From Nymphaea colorata (taxonomy: Eukaryota), in assembly GCF_008831285.2 (NCBI RefSeq), contig NC_045138.2, forward strand, positions 43,090,001 to 43,154,000: DNA of 64,000 nt, read 5' to 3'. Every line of letters begins with the position of its first letter. Position 1 is the stretch's first letter. The position numbers were made by a program, and so were the translations under genes. Shown piece by piece: positions 1 to 18,988 of the stretch. Below the pieces are notes generated by a model. That model did no database searches, was not told the origin of the DNA, and saw only the letters and a list, made by a program, of their open reading frames with translations.

Positions 1-174
1 TCGTATACGAAAGCATATATCCAGCTTCGAAGATGTCCAAAATTTGAAAGACCCATCAAATGGAAGTCAATAGTTTAAAAGAGAGGGTCAGAGGGAGTGA
101 GAAGGGAGTCGGTAGTTAATCTCCTTCGTTTCTTGTTCGCTCTGCAAAAAGGAACAGCCCCTTGAACATCCAAC

Positions 175-1761
175 ATGATTCCAGCCCTTCTTGTCGATAA
201 GAACCACGTTCTCCTACATCTTTTAGAAAGCATGGCTCCTCACCTGCCGGTTTTCTTCTCCTCTGTGAAGCTCTTGAAGTACGTGAAACATGGCTACCAA
301 TACCTCACCACCCACATCATTATCTTTGTGCTCCTTTCCATCATGGTGACCGTCATGGTAGAGGTAACCCGCAATAACCCCGATGGCGATGAGTTCCTGG
401 TCTTCTGCCACTCCCTGCACTCCAACCTCATCCCAGTCCTCTCCTCATTCTTTCTTATCATTACGGCCGCCACCGTCTACTGCAAGTCTCGCCCTCCATC
501 CGTCTTCTTGGTGGACTTCGCCTGCTTCAAGCCACCGGAGACATGCAGAATCCCGTTTGCGGCATTCATGGAGCACGCTCTCAACCACTCGGATGAGACG
601 GAGCGAGTCAATCCCTCGCAGTTCTTCCAGAAGAACAGCGTCAACTTCATGATGAAGATCCTGGAGAGGTCCGGCCTCGGGGAGGAGACATGCCTGCCAC
701 CAGCTTTGCACTACGTCCCTCCCGACAACAACATGGAGGCAGCCATGGCCGAAGCAGAGCTTAGCATCTTCTCCTCCGTGGATGCGCTCTTTAGGAAAAC
801 AGGTGTCAAGCCAAAGGACATCGACATCCTCGTCGTCAACTGTAGCCTATTCTCGCCGACTCCTTCTCTGGCATCCATGGTAATCAGCAAGTATAAGATG
901 CGGAGCAATATCAAGAGTTTCAACCTCTCCGGCATGGGCTGCAGTGCGGGACTGATCTCCATCAACCTCGTCCGCCACCTTCTGCAGGTGCACCGCAACT
1001 CGTATGCTGTCGTTGTCAGCACCGAGGTCATCACACCCAACTGGTACGACGGCAATACTCGCTCCATGCTGCTGCCGAACTGCCTCTTCCGAATGGGCGC
1101 CGCCGCCGTTCTCCTGACAAACCGCCGGTGCGAACTCACCCGTGCCAAGTACCGCCTGCTTCACGTGGTGCGCACCCATATGGGTGCCGAAGACACGGCA
1201 TATGGCTGTGTGTTCCAGCAGGAGGATGGTGAAGGGAAGGTGGGGATCAAGCTCTCCAAATACCTGATGGCCACCGCCGGCGACGCACTCAGGTCGAACA
1301 TCACAACGATTGGGCCGCTTGTGCTGCCGGTGTCGCAGCAGCTGCTGTTCCTGATTGGGCTCCTCAGCAGCAAGGTGTTGAATCGCAGGTGGAAGCCATA
1401 CGTGCCGGACTTCAAGCAGGCGTTCGAGCACTTCTGCATCCACGCGGGGGGGAAGGCAGTGATCGACGAGCTGGAGAGGAACCTACAACTGCGGCCGGAA
1501 GACATGGAGGCGTCGAGGATGACGCTGCACCGGTTCGGCAACACGTCATCGTCGTCGCTCTGGTACGAGCTGGCCTACATCGAGGCCAAGGGGAGGATGA
1601 AGAAAGGGGACAGACTGTGGCAGATCGCCTTTGGCAGCGGATTCAAGTGCAATAGCGCGGCCTGGATATGCATCCGCACTGTCGAGACGCCATTAGAGGG
1701 CCCCTGGTCGGACTGCATCCACAGGTATCCAGTTGACATCCCTGACGTCATTAAGCTCTAG
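175..1761 (+). CDS. KCS6: 3-ketoacyl-CoA synthase (VLCFA elongase condensing enzyme), KCS6/CER6-like, single exon
   Basis: Intact 528-aa ORF with FAE1/KCS motifs NLSGMGCSAG (catalytic Cys), FEHFCIHAGG, LHRFGNTSSSS and WQIAFGSGFKCNS, plus N-terminal TM segments. SSVKLLKYVKHGYQYL and the C-terminal GPWSDCIHRYPV..IPDVIKL resemble KCS5/KCS6. The homology-consistent start is probably the ATG at 232. Confidence 0.93.
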   Translation: MIPALLVDKNHVLLHLLESMAPHLPVFFSSVKLLKYVKHGYQYLTTHIIIFVLLSIMVTVMVEVTRNNPDGDEFLVFCHSLHSNLIPVLSSFFLIITAATVYCKSRPPSVFLVDFACFKPPETCRIPFAAFMEHALNHSDETERVNPSQFFQKNSVNFMMKILERSGLGEETCLPPALHYVPPDNNMEAAMAEAELSIFSSVDALFRKTGVKPKDIDILVVNCSLFSPTPSLASMVISKYKMRSNIKSFNLSGMGCSAGLISINLVRHLLQVHRNSYAVVVSTEVITPNWYDGNTRSMLLPNCLFRMGAAAVLLTNRRCELTRAKYRLLHVVRTHMGAEDTAYGCVFQQEDGEGKVGIKLSKYLMATAGDALRSNITTIGPLVLPVSQQLLFLIGLLSSKVLNRRWKPYVPDFKQAFEHFCIHAGGKAVIDELERNLQLRPEDMEASRMTLHRFGNTSSSSLWYELAYIEAKGRMKKGDRLWQIAFGSGFKCNSAAWICIRTVETPLEGPWSDCIHRYPVDIPDVIKL

Positions 1762-4700
1762 GCGTGTCGGGTTTTATTCATGACGTTCATGAATCTCTTC
1801 CTTCCCGGCTCCTTCTTGTATTAATCTTTAATGTTGGGATGTTTGAGCGATGCTGCAAAACAATGGTGGTATCCTGTTACTTTTTTGGTTTGCTAATTAC
1901 CCTTTTAGAAGGAAGCCGAAAATGTATATATGCCATGTGATATATACATCTTGGAGAGAGGTTGAACATCCAAAGCGTGGCCGTCAGAGTGTAGTGAGAA
2001 AACGAAAACATCTTAATGTTTACAATTTTTAACAGAAAAAGAATTGGCTGCAAAACGTGGAGCGGAAATCAAATAAATAAACGAAAAGGGTTAAGGGAAG
2101 AAATACATGCATGCAACGTAAAGCACCACCAGAAAATCCTGTTCCTCAGCATACCGCATCCATGAATTTTGTACAACCAAACATACACATGCAAAAATAT
2201 GAAGTAGAAGCGAATAGTTGAAACTTTTTTTGGAAAGATATGACATTTTAAGGTTCATGCCCTAAAAAAAGTTTTCTTCGTGTAATTGAATTTGCCATTA
2301 ATTTTAGTCGACAAAAATTAAACAAATTAAATTAGCTGTCTATATCAGTCTATAACTACAAGTGTTACACCTTTGTTAGTTACACAGAATTGTAACGTAG
2401 CTAGGTTGTTTTGTGCTTCATTTTTTTTTGAAGAAAGTGTGGAGACCTGGTCTGTCTCAACCACATCAGGTTTGAATCATCATTTGTAAAATAATCTTAA
2501 TTGCTGCCGATTTTTCAAAGGTCCAGTTCGAACAGATGTTAGGCCAAGCTTACCGGTACTATTGATGCATCATGTACCCTTTTATCCTTTTGTCAAAAAA
2601 TGAAGAAGTAAATCTGTCGAAACAAAGGGCATGTGAAACAAGCTTTCATGTTCTCTAGGGTGAATGATTTAAACGAAATGACGGAGTTTCATCCTAACTA
2701 GCTGTGTTCTAGTACCGGAGGGCACTCTTGTATTATGATCAAGTGGTCAAACTTGCCGTACTTTTTGTCTAAACTTTTGCACATAAAAATGAATTGTCCT
2801 CGAGTCATCCTGGCCCTAACCCTGGTAGGGGTTTATGGACATGCTCCCTGAAGTGGGCATTTTGTAAGAAGAACAACACCACTACAGCGGTCCAGGAATC
2901 TGGACCGAATATGGGCCAGATTTATAGAATGCTGCAATATTGGAATTAATGTTATATGAATCTGCCCCAGATTTTGAGATAAATTCATAAAACATTGAAT
3001 TAGTGCTCATGTGGCCAAATGTCCCCATGTAGAGATTGTGTGGACGGCCTGATATATTGTTCCAAATTTAACTTTTGTCCTTAAGAACCTTCAAATAGAA
3101 CGCCAATGTATATATATATATATATATAATTTTTCAGCTAATGAGACATTGATAGTTCGCTTGCCAGTAGCACTAGTCGGTGGGAAAGCATGACTTACAA
3201 AGGGATGCATGGTTACTTCTGTGAAGTGGAAGGCAGGGTGCTAGAGTCTAGTGCCTCGGCCGGCCTAGCTAGAGAGAAAGTTGTGTGCTCTGCTGGGTGC
3301 ACGCAACAAGCATATGCCAAAAGAAAAAAAAAGCTATTTTAGAAATTGTTGAAAAAGAATGTCCTTTTGAATTTTTTCACTTTTTTCAATTTTCTGTTTT
3401 ATCTTTACAAAAAGATACTTTTTCTGTCAAGATAGGGGCATTTTTGTTATTAACCATATTGGTGCACGAAATTTAATGCACCAGTATAACATATATAACC
3501 AGGTTCGGCCTAGCTAGTCCAGATCATAGCTAGTCCTGACCATAGATGGTTAATCCGGCTCTAGCATGTTATATATAGTACTGACTATCGCATTTGAAAT
3601 ATAGGCTCATTATTACAACTGCGGTCCTTCAAAACCGTAAAAAAAAGAAAAATTTCTGGTTTTAAATTATTTATTCACTGCAAAACATCAAGTTAATTCG
3701 TATCATTTAAGTTCGTTAGTTGAAAGGAAAAACAAGTTCTAATATTGTTAAAATGGATATCTCTTTTAGTCAAGTTGCAAGTTGGAGACAGCATTCAAAA
3801 TTCACTGCCACGAGGACATGCAAGTTGTGGTTCTACTCGATCGATCTTCGCAGGCGCGCAGGATAGGACTTAATAGATATAACAAAACCGGAAACGTCTT
3901 TGCAACATGCATTGCAGAATTTCAGAAGTGATTCGGATAGGCACTGCACGTCCGGGGGAAATGGCCGAGGGACCTTCAACTTGTGAAAAGGCAGTTGGCC
4001 TAAGGCGGTATTCGGTAGGCCAAACAAATTAAAGCGAAGGGTCACACTAAGAGGCCCGCCGTATAAATGTTCTCTATCACAACAAAAGTGAATGAAAAAC
4101 CACTCTACCCAACAAGAAAAAGTATGCTTTTAATGGTGCCCCAACTGGCTGAAGTGGACTCCTGTCTGAGGGCAGAGAGTAATCAGCAGGAGCTAGCCGA
4201 TTCTCGTGTCTGGTTTTTGTTGTATACACGTATGCAGATTAATTAATGATCACATTCACGACATGCACAACTGCGGGTAGAGGAGAGGAACCACTTTCAC
4301 AGTCCATCCTTAGTGGTTCTCACATGGCGGACATTAGGTAGGTGATGGCGATTTGAAGGTACTATTGACAGCTGCTAAACTTTTTGAAATCTTACATTTC
4401 CAACATCAGTTGGTTTCGCAGGAAAGCCTTCAATGACAGCCATGGAGCTCCTGAAAAGGCTGCTTATAAGGCTACCCTCATTTAAATGGACGGTGAGCAT
4501 GACGGTGAGCATTCAATGTCAGCCATGGAGCTCATTTTTATTTTGGGCTTCAGGTTTTTCTGTTGATTGTTTTACCGACAGCCCATAGGGAACAAATAAG
4601 AAGAGCTCTATTAGTGTCTGAAAAGTGAAAACTTCCACTGACTTCAACCTAGCGCTACAGCCTGCGGCAGTAAGTACTCCCTCCTATCGCGAACGGTTAC

Positions 4701-5279
4701 ATCAGTGAGAGAATCAGCATTGACGCAATATGCAGCATCCGCAAGGAACCATTTTTTTTTCAGAAATTTTATTGAATGAAAATTTCTAGTGCCCATATCG
4801 TGCCAGTAATTCTCTTTTATTTTTTTAATAAAATATAATGTATACCATTTATATTAAAATGATAACCAGAAAAGCTGCAACCATCTAAACTGGACAATAA
4901 TCGAAATCATGATGATCATCAACGAATAATACTTTTTTAAGCATCAACCATATCACAGCTAGCTGTGATATTTCTTTCAACATGCAAAACGCTCAGACGT
5001 GTGGAACTACTGCGATGCAATGTCATTGCAAAGTGTTGATGATCTTGAACATCGCTTTTGCTTTGCCTGTGGCACTTTTTCAAGGCGAATTCTGAAGCAT
5101 CTTTAAGCTGCACCAGAAACACATCTGAAAAATTTGATAAACTGAAAACAAAAAGGCAGTGGATATGGTGATGCACTGATGTTAAATAACTAAGAAAACA
5201 TGAATTGGAACAAAAAAATATAGTGGATTGCAAGACAACTATCATTGGGTTTAGTACACAGGAATAAAATTAAGGTCAT

Positions 5280-5775
5280 ACCTCTCGGCAATGCATCATC
5301 ACAAGATAAATGACATCTTGGAGGCATCCATAATGTGCCACTACAAGTTTTCAATAGGAAATTTTTCGAACACCATAAATGTGCACATTCTATGGCATTG
5401 GGGTAGTGCCACTAAAAGCTTTTTAGTGATGCCTTGACGATGCCAAAATAGACATTCTTATGGATTGCTGATAACTCATCAAAGTCTTTTAGTGGCATTC
5501 TTTAAACGATACTACTAGTCTACCATGGGATGGAACAAGTGCCACTGAATAGTATGCTATGGCACTAAAAACCGTTTATATGGCTTCCTCGAAGCATCAT
5601 TAAACTTTTTTTATGGCAAATAGAAATAGCCATTAAGTGTCAATTGTGAGTGACACTTCATATGTCAATGTTGACATTTTATAGCCAACTTCAAGCTGAA
5701 GGCCCTTCAGTGACACACATTCCTTTAAACGCCTCCATTGTAAGTTCAAAATACATTAGAGATCATTACTAGTAG
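5280..5775. repeat. Non-autonomous DNA-transposon-like repeat (CACTA-type subterminal motif array), copy 1
   Basis: Many GTG(C/T)CACT(A/G)AA and TT(T/C)AGTG(A/G)(C/T) motifs in both orientations. 5640-5740 aligns by eye with 62360-62440. Confidence 0.55.
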
Positions 5776-5969
5776 TCAAATTATTATTATATAAAAAGTT
5801 AAAAACACAGAAATTGACCATTTTTCTCGAAAATATGGCGATCATTGTCAAAAAAATAAAACATTGTTACATCCAAATGTGCAATATAATACAGAATCAT
5901 GAACACGTACAAAATTCATGAGAAAGAATAGCAAACTTTAATCTTAGTGCTGAGTACTTCAGATGTAAC

Positions 5970-6230
5970 CACAACAAGAAATGGCACTTTTAGGAAGGAA
6001 CTGGAAAATCAGTCCTAAAAGTATAGAGTAATTATGAACGGTTAGGTGGTTACTCCTATGACATTCCTAAATGTGGTGTTCCGAAATACTTTTAGGAACA
6101 GTCTCCAAAAAGCATTCCTAAAAGTATAGGTTCTAATTACAATTAAACTTATATATTAGCGATGGTAGCTCCTGACCGTTCCTAATAATTTATATAATCA
6201 CTTTAGGTACAGTAACCTGGCATTCCTATA
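5970..6230. mobile_element. CACTA (En/Spm) transposon terminus with subterminal repeats
   Basis: CACAACAAGAAA at 5970 (one mismatch to the CACTACAAGAAA TIR), followed by about 8 alternating TTTTAGGAA/TTCCTAAAA motifs and then a (TA)n(GA)n tract. Confidence 0.7.
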
Positions 6231-6243
6231 TATATATATATAT

Positions 6244-6297
<54 letters not shown>

Positions 6298-6298
6298 A
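6228..6298. repeat. Compound (TA)n(GA)n microsatellite
   Basis: Seen directly. Confidence 0.95.
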
Positions 6299-9209
6299 GT
6301 TTTTATTCATTTATACATATAGAATGAGAGAGTTGGTAAACAAAAAATATGAAAATTTATTGAAAAAAAATCATTACAATTACTAAATATATAAAAAAAG
6401 AAATCTTGATGAATCATGAATTAGCTAGTTCCAACTCCATCTTCTTCCACTTTCATGGCTTCCCACCTACAAATTAAAAGCAAATTCCTCAAGGAAAGCA
6501 AGCACATTAAAAGAAGTCAAGATGTTGAGGTTGGAGTATTTAATACAAAAGAATCTATGAAGTAATGGAACACATTCTTTGTTTATATAAAAGTTGTAAC
6601 TATAGCAGTAACCGTGTGTTCAGTTCCTGCAGAAAATAGAGATACATAATCTAATTGTATATGTATGAAATCTTACATGCATACATGGACAAGAGCAATT
6701 AACCTGTGGATGTATATACAACTACATGGAAACCTTGTACACACACACACACACACACACACATACATATAGCAAAAATTGTTATTGTGCCTGCACATAC
6801 AAACATGTGTTAAAAAAAAGCAAAGATTGTCAAAAATCTGGTGTAGGGTTAGACCAGAGCTGTCACAACCTATTTGCATTACAGCTTTAACTAAAGAGGT
6901 TAGATCTGGCCAGTAGTAGAAATTGTGGTCTTTCAAATTTCAGATAACTTTATTAACAAGTTCATTTAATTTTGTGTTCAATTTTTTTGGTAATATCTGG
7001 GACGATGAAAAATGTGACACTGATATGAGATCTCGATTTCAATTCTTTTGGACCTTCGCAAAAGAATATTGAGTGAAAAAAGTTATGTCAAGAGGAATTT
7101 AAGTACCTTCACATGCTTGAGCAATCCCTCCAACAGTCAGTTGCTCACCCTCAGCTACTTCACTGAATCGGAACTACGACACATCACATACATGTTCAAA
7201 TGCACATTTCCGAGGCTAACTTCTACAACATTCAAAAGAAGGACAATATTGAACTAACCATTGGACAATGAGCATTGGAGTAACAATGCTCATTTATGCT
7301 CAAAAGTCATGATGTTTTAGTATAATATAGCTTGTTATTCAATTTTTAGTTGGAAATTTTTAGTATATATAGAGAGAGAGTGAGCCTACATCTAATAATT
7401 TCAGGCTCAAAATTTGTAACATGCTGAACTAGAAAAATGAAAGAAGAGATGCATATCCCCTAGGAACAACATGGAAATCCTTTTTTCTTCAATACCTAAG
7501 AATGATATTATAATAAGAACCTAAGGAAAAAACTCTGTGAAATACATGTAATCATTTTTCAAGGTAATAGCAAAAACAACCAAATGTGCTTTTCTCGGTC
7601 GAGTCCCCAATCATTCGTGATTTCACCTATACAAGTATACTGTCAACTTATACAGCATCAAAAGCAACTTTTTAAGAAGAGATTGACACGCAGCAAGATT
7701 ACGCTCTATTTATAAATTTTACATGCTATCCTGATCAATTAAAAGATCAATATTGCCAGTTCCTGCCTCATCAATTGGAGAAGCAATGCAAACTATGAAA
7801 ATGCAAGCACCTAAACCATATGATAGATGATTGAAAACATTGGTTGAAAAGCCTAAGATCTTCAAAATTGTCTACATTACATGCATTTCATAAGAAATAA
7901 TCAATGTCAAAGAACCTCAAGATGAACAAGGAACTACTATCATTAACAAATTGCTGCATTGGATTATTTGACCTATTTTACTTTTTTTTTTATGGATTTG
8001 GCGATCCACCGCAACTCCCCATCCCCGCCTTTCTACAACCTATCTTTCACACTGCGATATGGACACCACTACTTACTGCAAAGCAGCTTTTGCTTGTCAA
8101 TGCCAATATTAGTGATGAGAGTTTTTGAACGGCCAGATGGAAAAGAATAGCTGTCCATAGTTCGGTATGAACAAAAGGGTGCATGTACAAAAAAATATCC
8201 ATAAGGTATTACAAGAGGAAAAGAAAATGTTTTTTACATTCTCTTCCATGAATTAAAAAATATTAACAGGTTTTTGTGATTCTTTACATCCTCTGCCATC
8301 TTGCCTCCAACTATGGGTGCTGCACCCTTCTAGAGACAAGGAAAGTGATTCTTGTCACTGGCTTCCTTTTTCAAAAACTTTATTGAATTGGAAAGAAATG
8401 AGATCATCAGTCGATTATCTCATATTAATTTAGAAATTAAGAGGCAAATAAGAAAGCGTATTGTGAATATCATGAATTTAAGAATCAGTTTCCCTTCAGC
8501 AATGTAGAGAAAACCCAAAGTTCAAACATTTTCCCCTTCAGCAATGTAGAGAAAACCCAAAACTCGAAAATATGCAGATCGCAGTTTGAGTCTAGGGCAG
8601 TAGAACTTCAGGGATAGGACCCTGATCGCATGCAAAGAGTAATGCCTCTAGGATCCAAATAGCAACCACCTGGTAAAAGAAAAATAAAAGTTTTGCTTAT
8701 TGAAGTTCAGAATATCAAAGTGAAAGGGCAAAGGGACCAAAAAACATCAAATGATGCAGATACTCATTATGTAAAACAACCATTTTTTATCTATATGAAA
8801 TGAGCCACAAAAATCAATGAAAGTGTGAAATGTTGTTTGCAATGATATCGTAAAAATAGTTTTTACTCTTGAGGTGCTTAAGTTGAACCTTTAGTGGCAC
8901 AAGATGTGCCATGCCATCATAAACATTATTGCAAGTTTACAACATCAAATATTGCATACCTCATGAGAAAATGACTTATATTTCTTTGCTTGTTGTTGGA
9001 GATAACTGCATATATTAAGGCAAGTACATAGGGCAGCCTTTTTTGCATGGAACATCGACAAAAATGCAACAGATAAAGTAGCACCAAGACTAGCATGCCT
9101 TTAACTGCCAACATTTCACACTCATAAGAGAGAGAGAGAGAGATTACAACATTTGTCATGAAGAAGCTACAACAAAAAATAGTTGTCCTTTTCCTACCTT
9201 CAAGGATGG

Positions 9210-9251
<42 letters not shown>

Positions 9252-9973
9252 ATTTCTATATGGAGGGTTTATTCTCCAAGGAGAGATGCATTTAATGTTC
9301 CCACCTGCATAGGATAGGCCAACAGATCAGAGCTGCCAATCGATTGGCTATTTTTGAAATCTAGATATTTCTTGGATTTGAATTGTTACAATTATGTATT
9401 CCAAGCTCATATTTAATGTATATATGATTCAAGCTGATTTTTCAATTGAGATCCGATTTGGGTTCAGATAAATTGGATCCAGTTGCCTATTAATTTGTAG
9501 ATCCAGGTTTAAATCTGCTGCTGTTATCATGGGTCTCAATTCAATGGACTGTGAACCAATTTTCTGGAAAAGAAAGTTCTTATTTTGATAAGTATATATA
9601 CGAAGTCATCAAAAGCAAGAAAAAGATTACAAATATATGAGGGCAAGGATGAATCAAGTGACCTAGAACTCAAAATGAAGCATTACACCTAAAACTAAAG
9701 TAACTTGGACCGGCCTTTAGACCTCCACTCCAAAATGAGGTCAAACTCCGTGCTTTACCTAATATCACTAATAAGGAATGGTATTTGGCTACAACAGTAT
9801 TCAAACGAAATCTATGTTGTATGAATTAGGTCATCATTAATTACTAAAGCATCAAGGCTGAAAAGCTTTTCCAGAACTAGGTCATGAATAAGGACTAGGG
9901 TATCAAGGATGAAAAGTTGTTGTGGTAAGGATGAGACGAAAAATTTCCAAAACAAGGTCATCATAGTGTGCAT

Positions 9974-11900
9974 TTCTAAGATGTTGGATCTAATCTTATC
10001 TAGATCCAACACATCTAACTATGTCTGATCACATTTATCTTGACAGGGTCATGATTGTAATTTTTGTAATTGTTTCATTCTAGACTCTAGATTATTGAAT
10101 TTGCTTCACTCTAGACTGATTATTCTGATTGCTTCATTCTAGATTCTTGTAAATTGGGTAGAAAGATCATTATATAAATGGGTTGCGTGAGAATGTAAAA
10201 CCTCACCCTCTCTTCCTCATTTCTCTTTTCTTGTTCTCCCTCTTTTCTTTTCTTTTGATGAAACTAATAGTGGGTTATAGTTCAATACCCAAAATCTATC
10301 ATGGTATCAAAGCAGGGTTTGGCTGGTTCTACCAAAGAGAATGCCCGAACATACTTGAAATCTCCTGGTTGGTTTTCTCTTATACCCATTCCAACATTCT
10401 TATATTTCTGATAGTACTTAGTATACATCTACATTGATAGATATATAAATTATCATGGATATTCTCTCTCAATCCAGTATGTCATCCAACTTATTACCAC
10501 ACCTTATTTCTAAAAAATTGAACCACTCCAACTACCTTACTTGGAAAAGGCAGATCACTCCTTTCATAAGGAGTCAAGATCTGTATGGGCATCTTGATGG
10601 TTCCATTCCAATCTCACCATAATTCATTCAACAAGACATTAAGAATGAGAGAGGGGAGACAATTTCCACTCAGGAAATTCGTAATCCTGAATTTGTAATG
10701 TGGATTAAACGAGATCAAAGTCTTGTTGCATATATCACATCAATGCTCTTTGAAGAAGTGTTGATTTCTCTTCTAATGACTGTACATCAGGATAATTATG
10801 AGTCAAACTTGCCGAAACCTATTCTTAAATTTCAAAATGACGTATTCTATATTTGAAGAAGGAATTTCAAAATCTCAACAAAGGGTCAATGTCGATTATG
10901 GAATATTTGGGACGTGTTAAAGGGGTAGTTGATCAGTTGGGAGTTGCTAGATACCTTGTTTCTAACAAAGAAAAAGTCCAGCAGACTCTTAGCGGTCTTG
11001 GACCAAATTTTTCTGCCTTCACTACTACTGGTCTTGAAGTTTCGCCTATCTTCCCCACCTCCAGTGAACTTCAGGGCAAGGTGCCTCAACATGAAATGAA
11101 CATGAAACAACTGATAGGAAGAACAAACAAAGATAATGCTCACAATGTTTTAGTTATTGAAGTTGCTGCAGGTCATAGAAAAAGAAATGGGGTTCATCAA
11201 GGAGGCATGAATCATGGGCACAATGGCCGAGGTATTCTGCCAACACCGAGTGTTACAGGAAGATTTCAGACCAATACAACAAAGAAAGTGCCAACGTGTT
11301 TTCAATGTAGCACAAAGGCTCACGTCAAAGCAAATTACTCGTTCAACCCACAAAATAAGGCAATAAACCTGAAGTTGAACATAATATCAAACTCCCACCA
11401 GCAGACAACAATAGATATTAATTACTGCTCTCTCCAAGGTGACAATGAAACAAAATGATCAAGGTGAGTGGTATTTGGATTCAGGTGCTGCTACTCATGT
11501 AACTGGAAATGTTGGTAAATTACATGATTTTTTTCCTTATTTTAGGAAAAGTAATATAGTTACAGGTGCTGGAAGTTTTCATCCTATCACACATGTTGGG
11601 AATGCACAAATTTCTCTTCCAACATCACCATTTCCACTATCTTTGTCAAATGTTGCCTTTGCTCCAAATATAAAAAAGAATATTATTTCCTTATTTCTTG
11701 CAGTCCTCTTCAAGTCCAACTCAATCAACATACTTTCCTTCCAATGCACCTTCACAAATTCCAAGCTCTAGTTGTCTCCAATCAGATGTCAGTAATCAAG
11801 ATTTATGGCATGGTTGTATGGAACATTGTAGTTATGGGTTTTTGGCAAAATTTGCATTACATAATCTCATTCCAAAATCCAGTCTATCCTTTGATTCCTG
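9974..11900 (+). mobile_element. Ty1/Copia 5' part: LTR (~9974-10301), PBS, gag, protease, start of GAG-pre-integrase; decayed
   Basis: LTR ends ...CTATCA and is followed by Met-tRNA PBS TGGTATCAAAGC (10302-10313). gag reads KLNHSNYLTWKRQ...LYGHLDGS from ATG 10456. Degenerate zinc knuckle CFQCSTKAH, protease WYLDSGAATHVTG, and LWHGCMEH. Contains stops and frameshifts. Confidence 0.9.
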
Positions 11901-13390
11901 TGACAAAAAATGGTAGGGTGACCTAACCATAGTGTGTATCTCAGTACAAGAAAAGTTAAGAAAGAGAACAAGAAAAGAGAAACGAGGAAGGGAGGGTGAG
12001 GTTTTACATTCTCATGCAACTCATTTATATAATGATATTTTTCCATAATTTACAAGAATCTAGAATCAAGCAATCACAATAATCTAGAATCTAGAGTAAA
12101 GCAAACACAATAATCTATAGTCTAGAATGAAATAATTACAAAATTTACAATCATGACCCTACCTAGATAAATGTGATAAAACATAGTTAGACGTGTTGGA
12201 TCTACATCAGATTAAATCCAACATCTTATCATCATCCCTCAAGTTGTATATGGTTTTGCAACATGTACAACTTGTCTTTCAGAAATCAGAATCGTTGCTT
12301 TGTTAGTCTTTTTTTGTAAATAAGTCTACGACTTGTTCATCTATACGAACATAAATAGGTTGAATCTCCTTGTCTTCCACCTTTTGTTTAATAAAATATT
12401 GATGAGTCTCAATGTGCTTTGTTCGACCATGTTGTGTGAGATTAAAAACAATGTTAATAGCGCTTTGATAATCACACATTAACATTGATATTTTAATCTT
12501 TTCTCCAATGTCCTCTAGCAAATGTCTAACCCATACAACTTTAGTAGTACCTGCAGCCATACATCTGTATTCAGCTTAAGTGCTAGATCTTGCCACTACC
12601 TTTTGCTTTTGGCATCTCCAAGACACAAGGTTATGTCCATTGAAAATACAAAAACCAGAAATAGACTTTCTTTGATCAGGATCTCCAATCCAATATGCAT
12701 CTATGAATGTCATAAGTTGATGTCCAGCAATTATATTTCCATTCTTACCATAAACTAAGCCATCTCCTGCTGTCTCTTTTAGATATCTTAATATTCTTTT
12801 GATAGCATCCATGTGATTATCTCTAGGTGCATGCATAAATTGAGATACTTGATTTATAGCATATATAATATCTGGTCTAATGAACGTAAGATATTGGAGT
12901 GTCCTGACAATGCTTTGATATTTGTATAGGATCTCCATATAACTCCCCATCCTAAATACTTACTCTTTGATTTAGAACATTGGAAGTTCCAACAAGCTTA
13001 CAATTTGACATACTTGTCTTTTTCAGTAGATCCAACATGTATTTTTTTTGTGTCAATGTGAGATGTGATAACAATATCATCAACATATATAAGAAGTAAA
13101 GAAAATATGTTTTCTTTTCAATAAATGAAAAGATAGTGATCTAGTGGACATCTCTGAAAACCACATCATTGAATCTTGCATGAGAAACTGTCAAACTATG
13201 TGCATGAGACCTCTTTGAGTCCATAAATATTTCTTAGTTTACAAACCCATGCATGAGAGTCACCTTTTGTATATCCTAGAGGTTGTTTTATATATACTTC
13301 CTCCCTCAAATTATCGTGAAGAAAAACATTCTTCACGTCCTTTTGGTGTAGTCTCCATCCATATTCAACTGCCAATGATTTAATCAAAAG
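11901..13390 (-). mobile_element. Ty1/Copia 3' part (RT, RNase H, PPT, 3' LTR 11901-12231) in opposite orientation, same family as the 9974 element
   Basis: Minus-strand peptides LHQKDVKNVFLH..EEVYIKQP, LQYLTFIRPDIIYA, WIGDPDQRKSISGFC and RTKHIE...VVDLFTK. PPT-like GAGGGATGA precedes an LTR TGATAAG...TGTCA that is the reverse complement of 9974-10301. Confidence 0.9.
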
Positions 13391-13692
13391 AAAAGAGAGA
13401 GAATAAGAAAAGTTAAGAAACTGTATAATGAATCGAGTTTATTATATTTGGATTTAGACAGGTATGCATATGCTTGTACCTGACTACTACACATATTGAA
13501 TTTGTACTATGAGAAATTTCTGAAAATTATATGTAAAAAAAATACATATTTATTTAGGGAAAAAAGACATGCATTTTTTGCTACACATTTTATGCATTTA
13601 AATTCAAACATCTCCTTTGTTGTTCCATACGATTCCTACCTTATTCTTATTTCTACGTACTTTTTATATGCAACTTCTTTTCTCAAATTAAA

Positions 13693-18988
<5,296 letters not shown>

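Noticed and set aside
223..1655. Several overlapping and antisense ORFs within KCS
   Set aside because: Shadow ORFs of a GC-rich coding region with no recognisable motifs.
3482..3584. Short imperfect inverted repeat (possible MITE or miRNA hairpin)
   Set aside because: Pairing is limited to AT-rich ends, with no TSD and no long stem.
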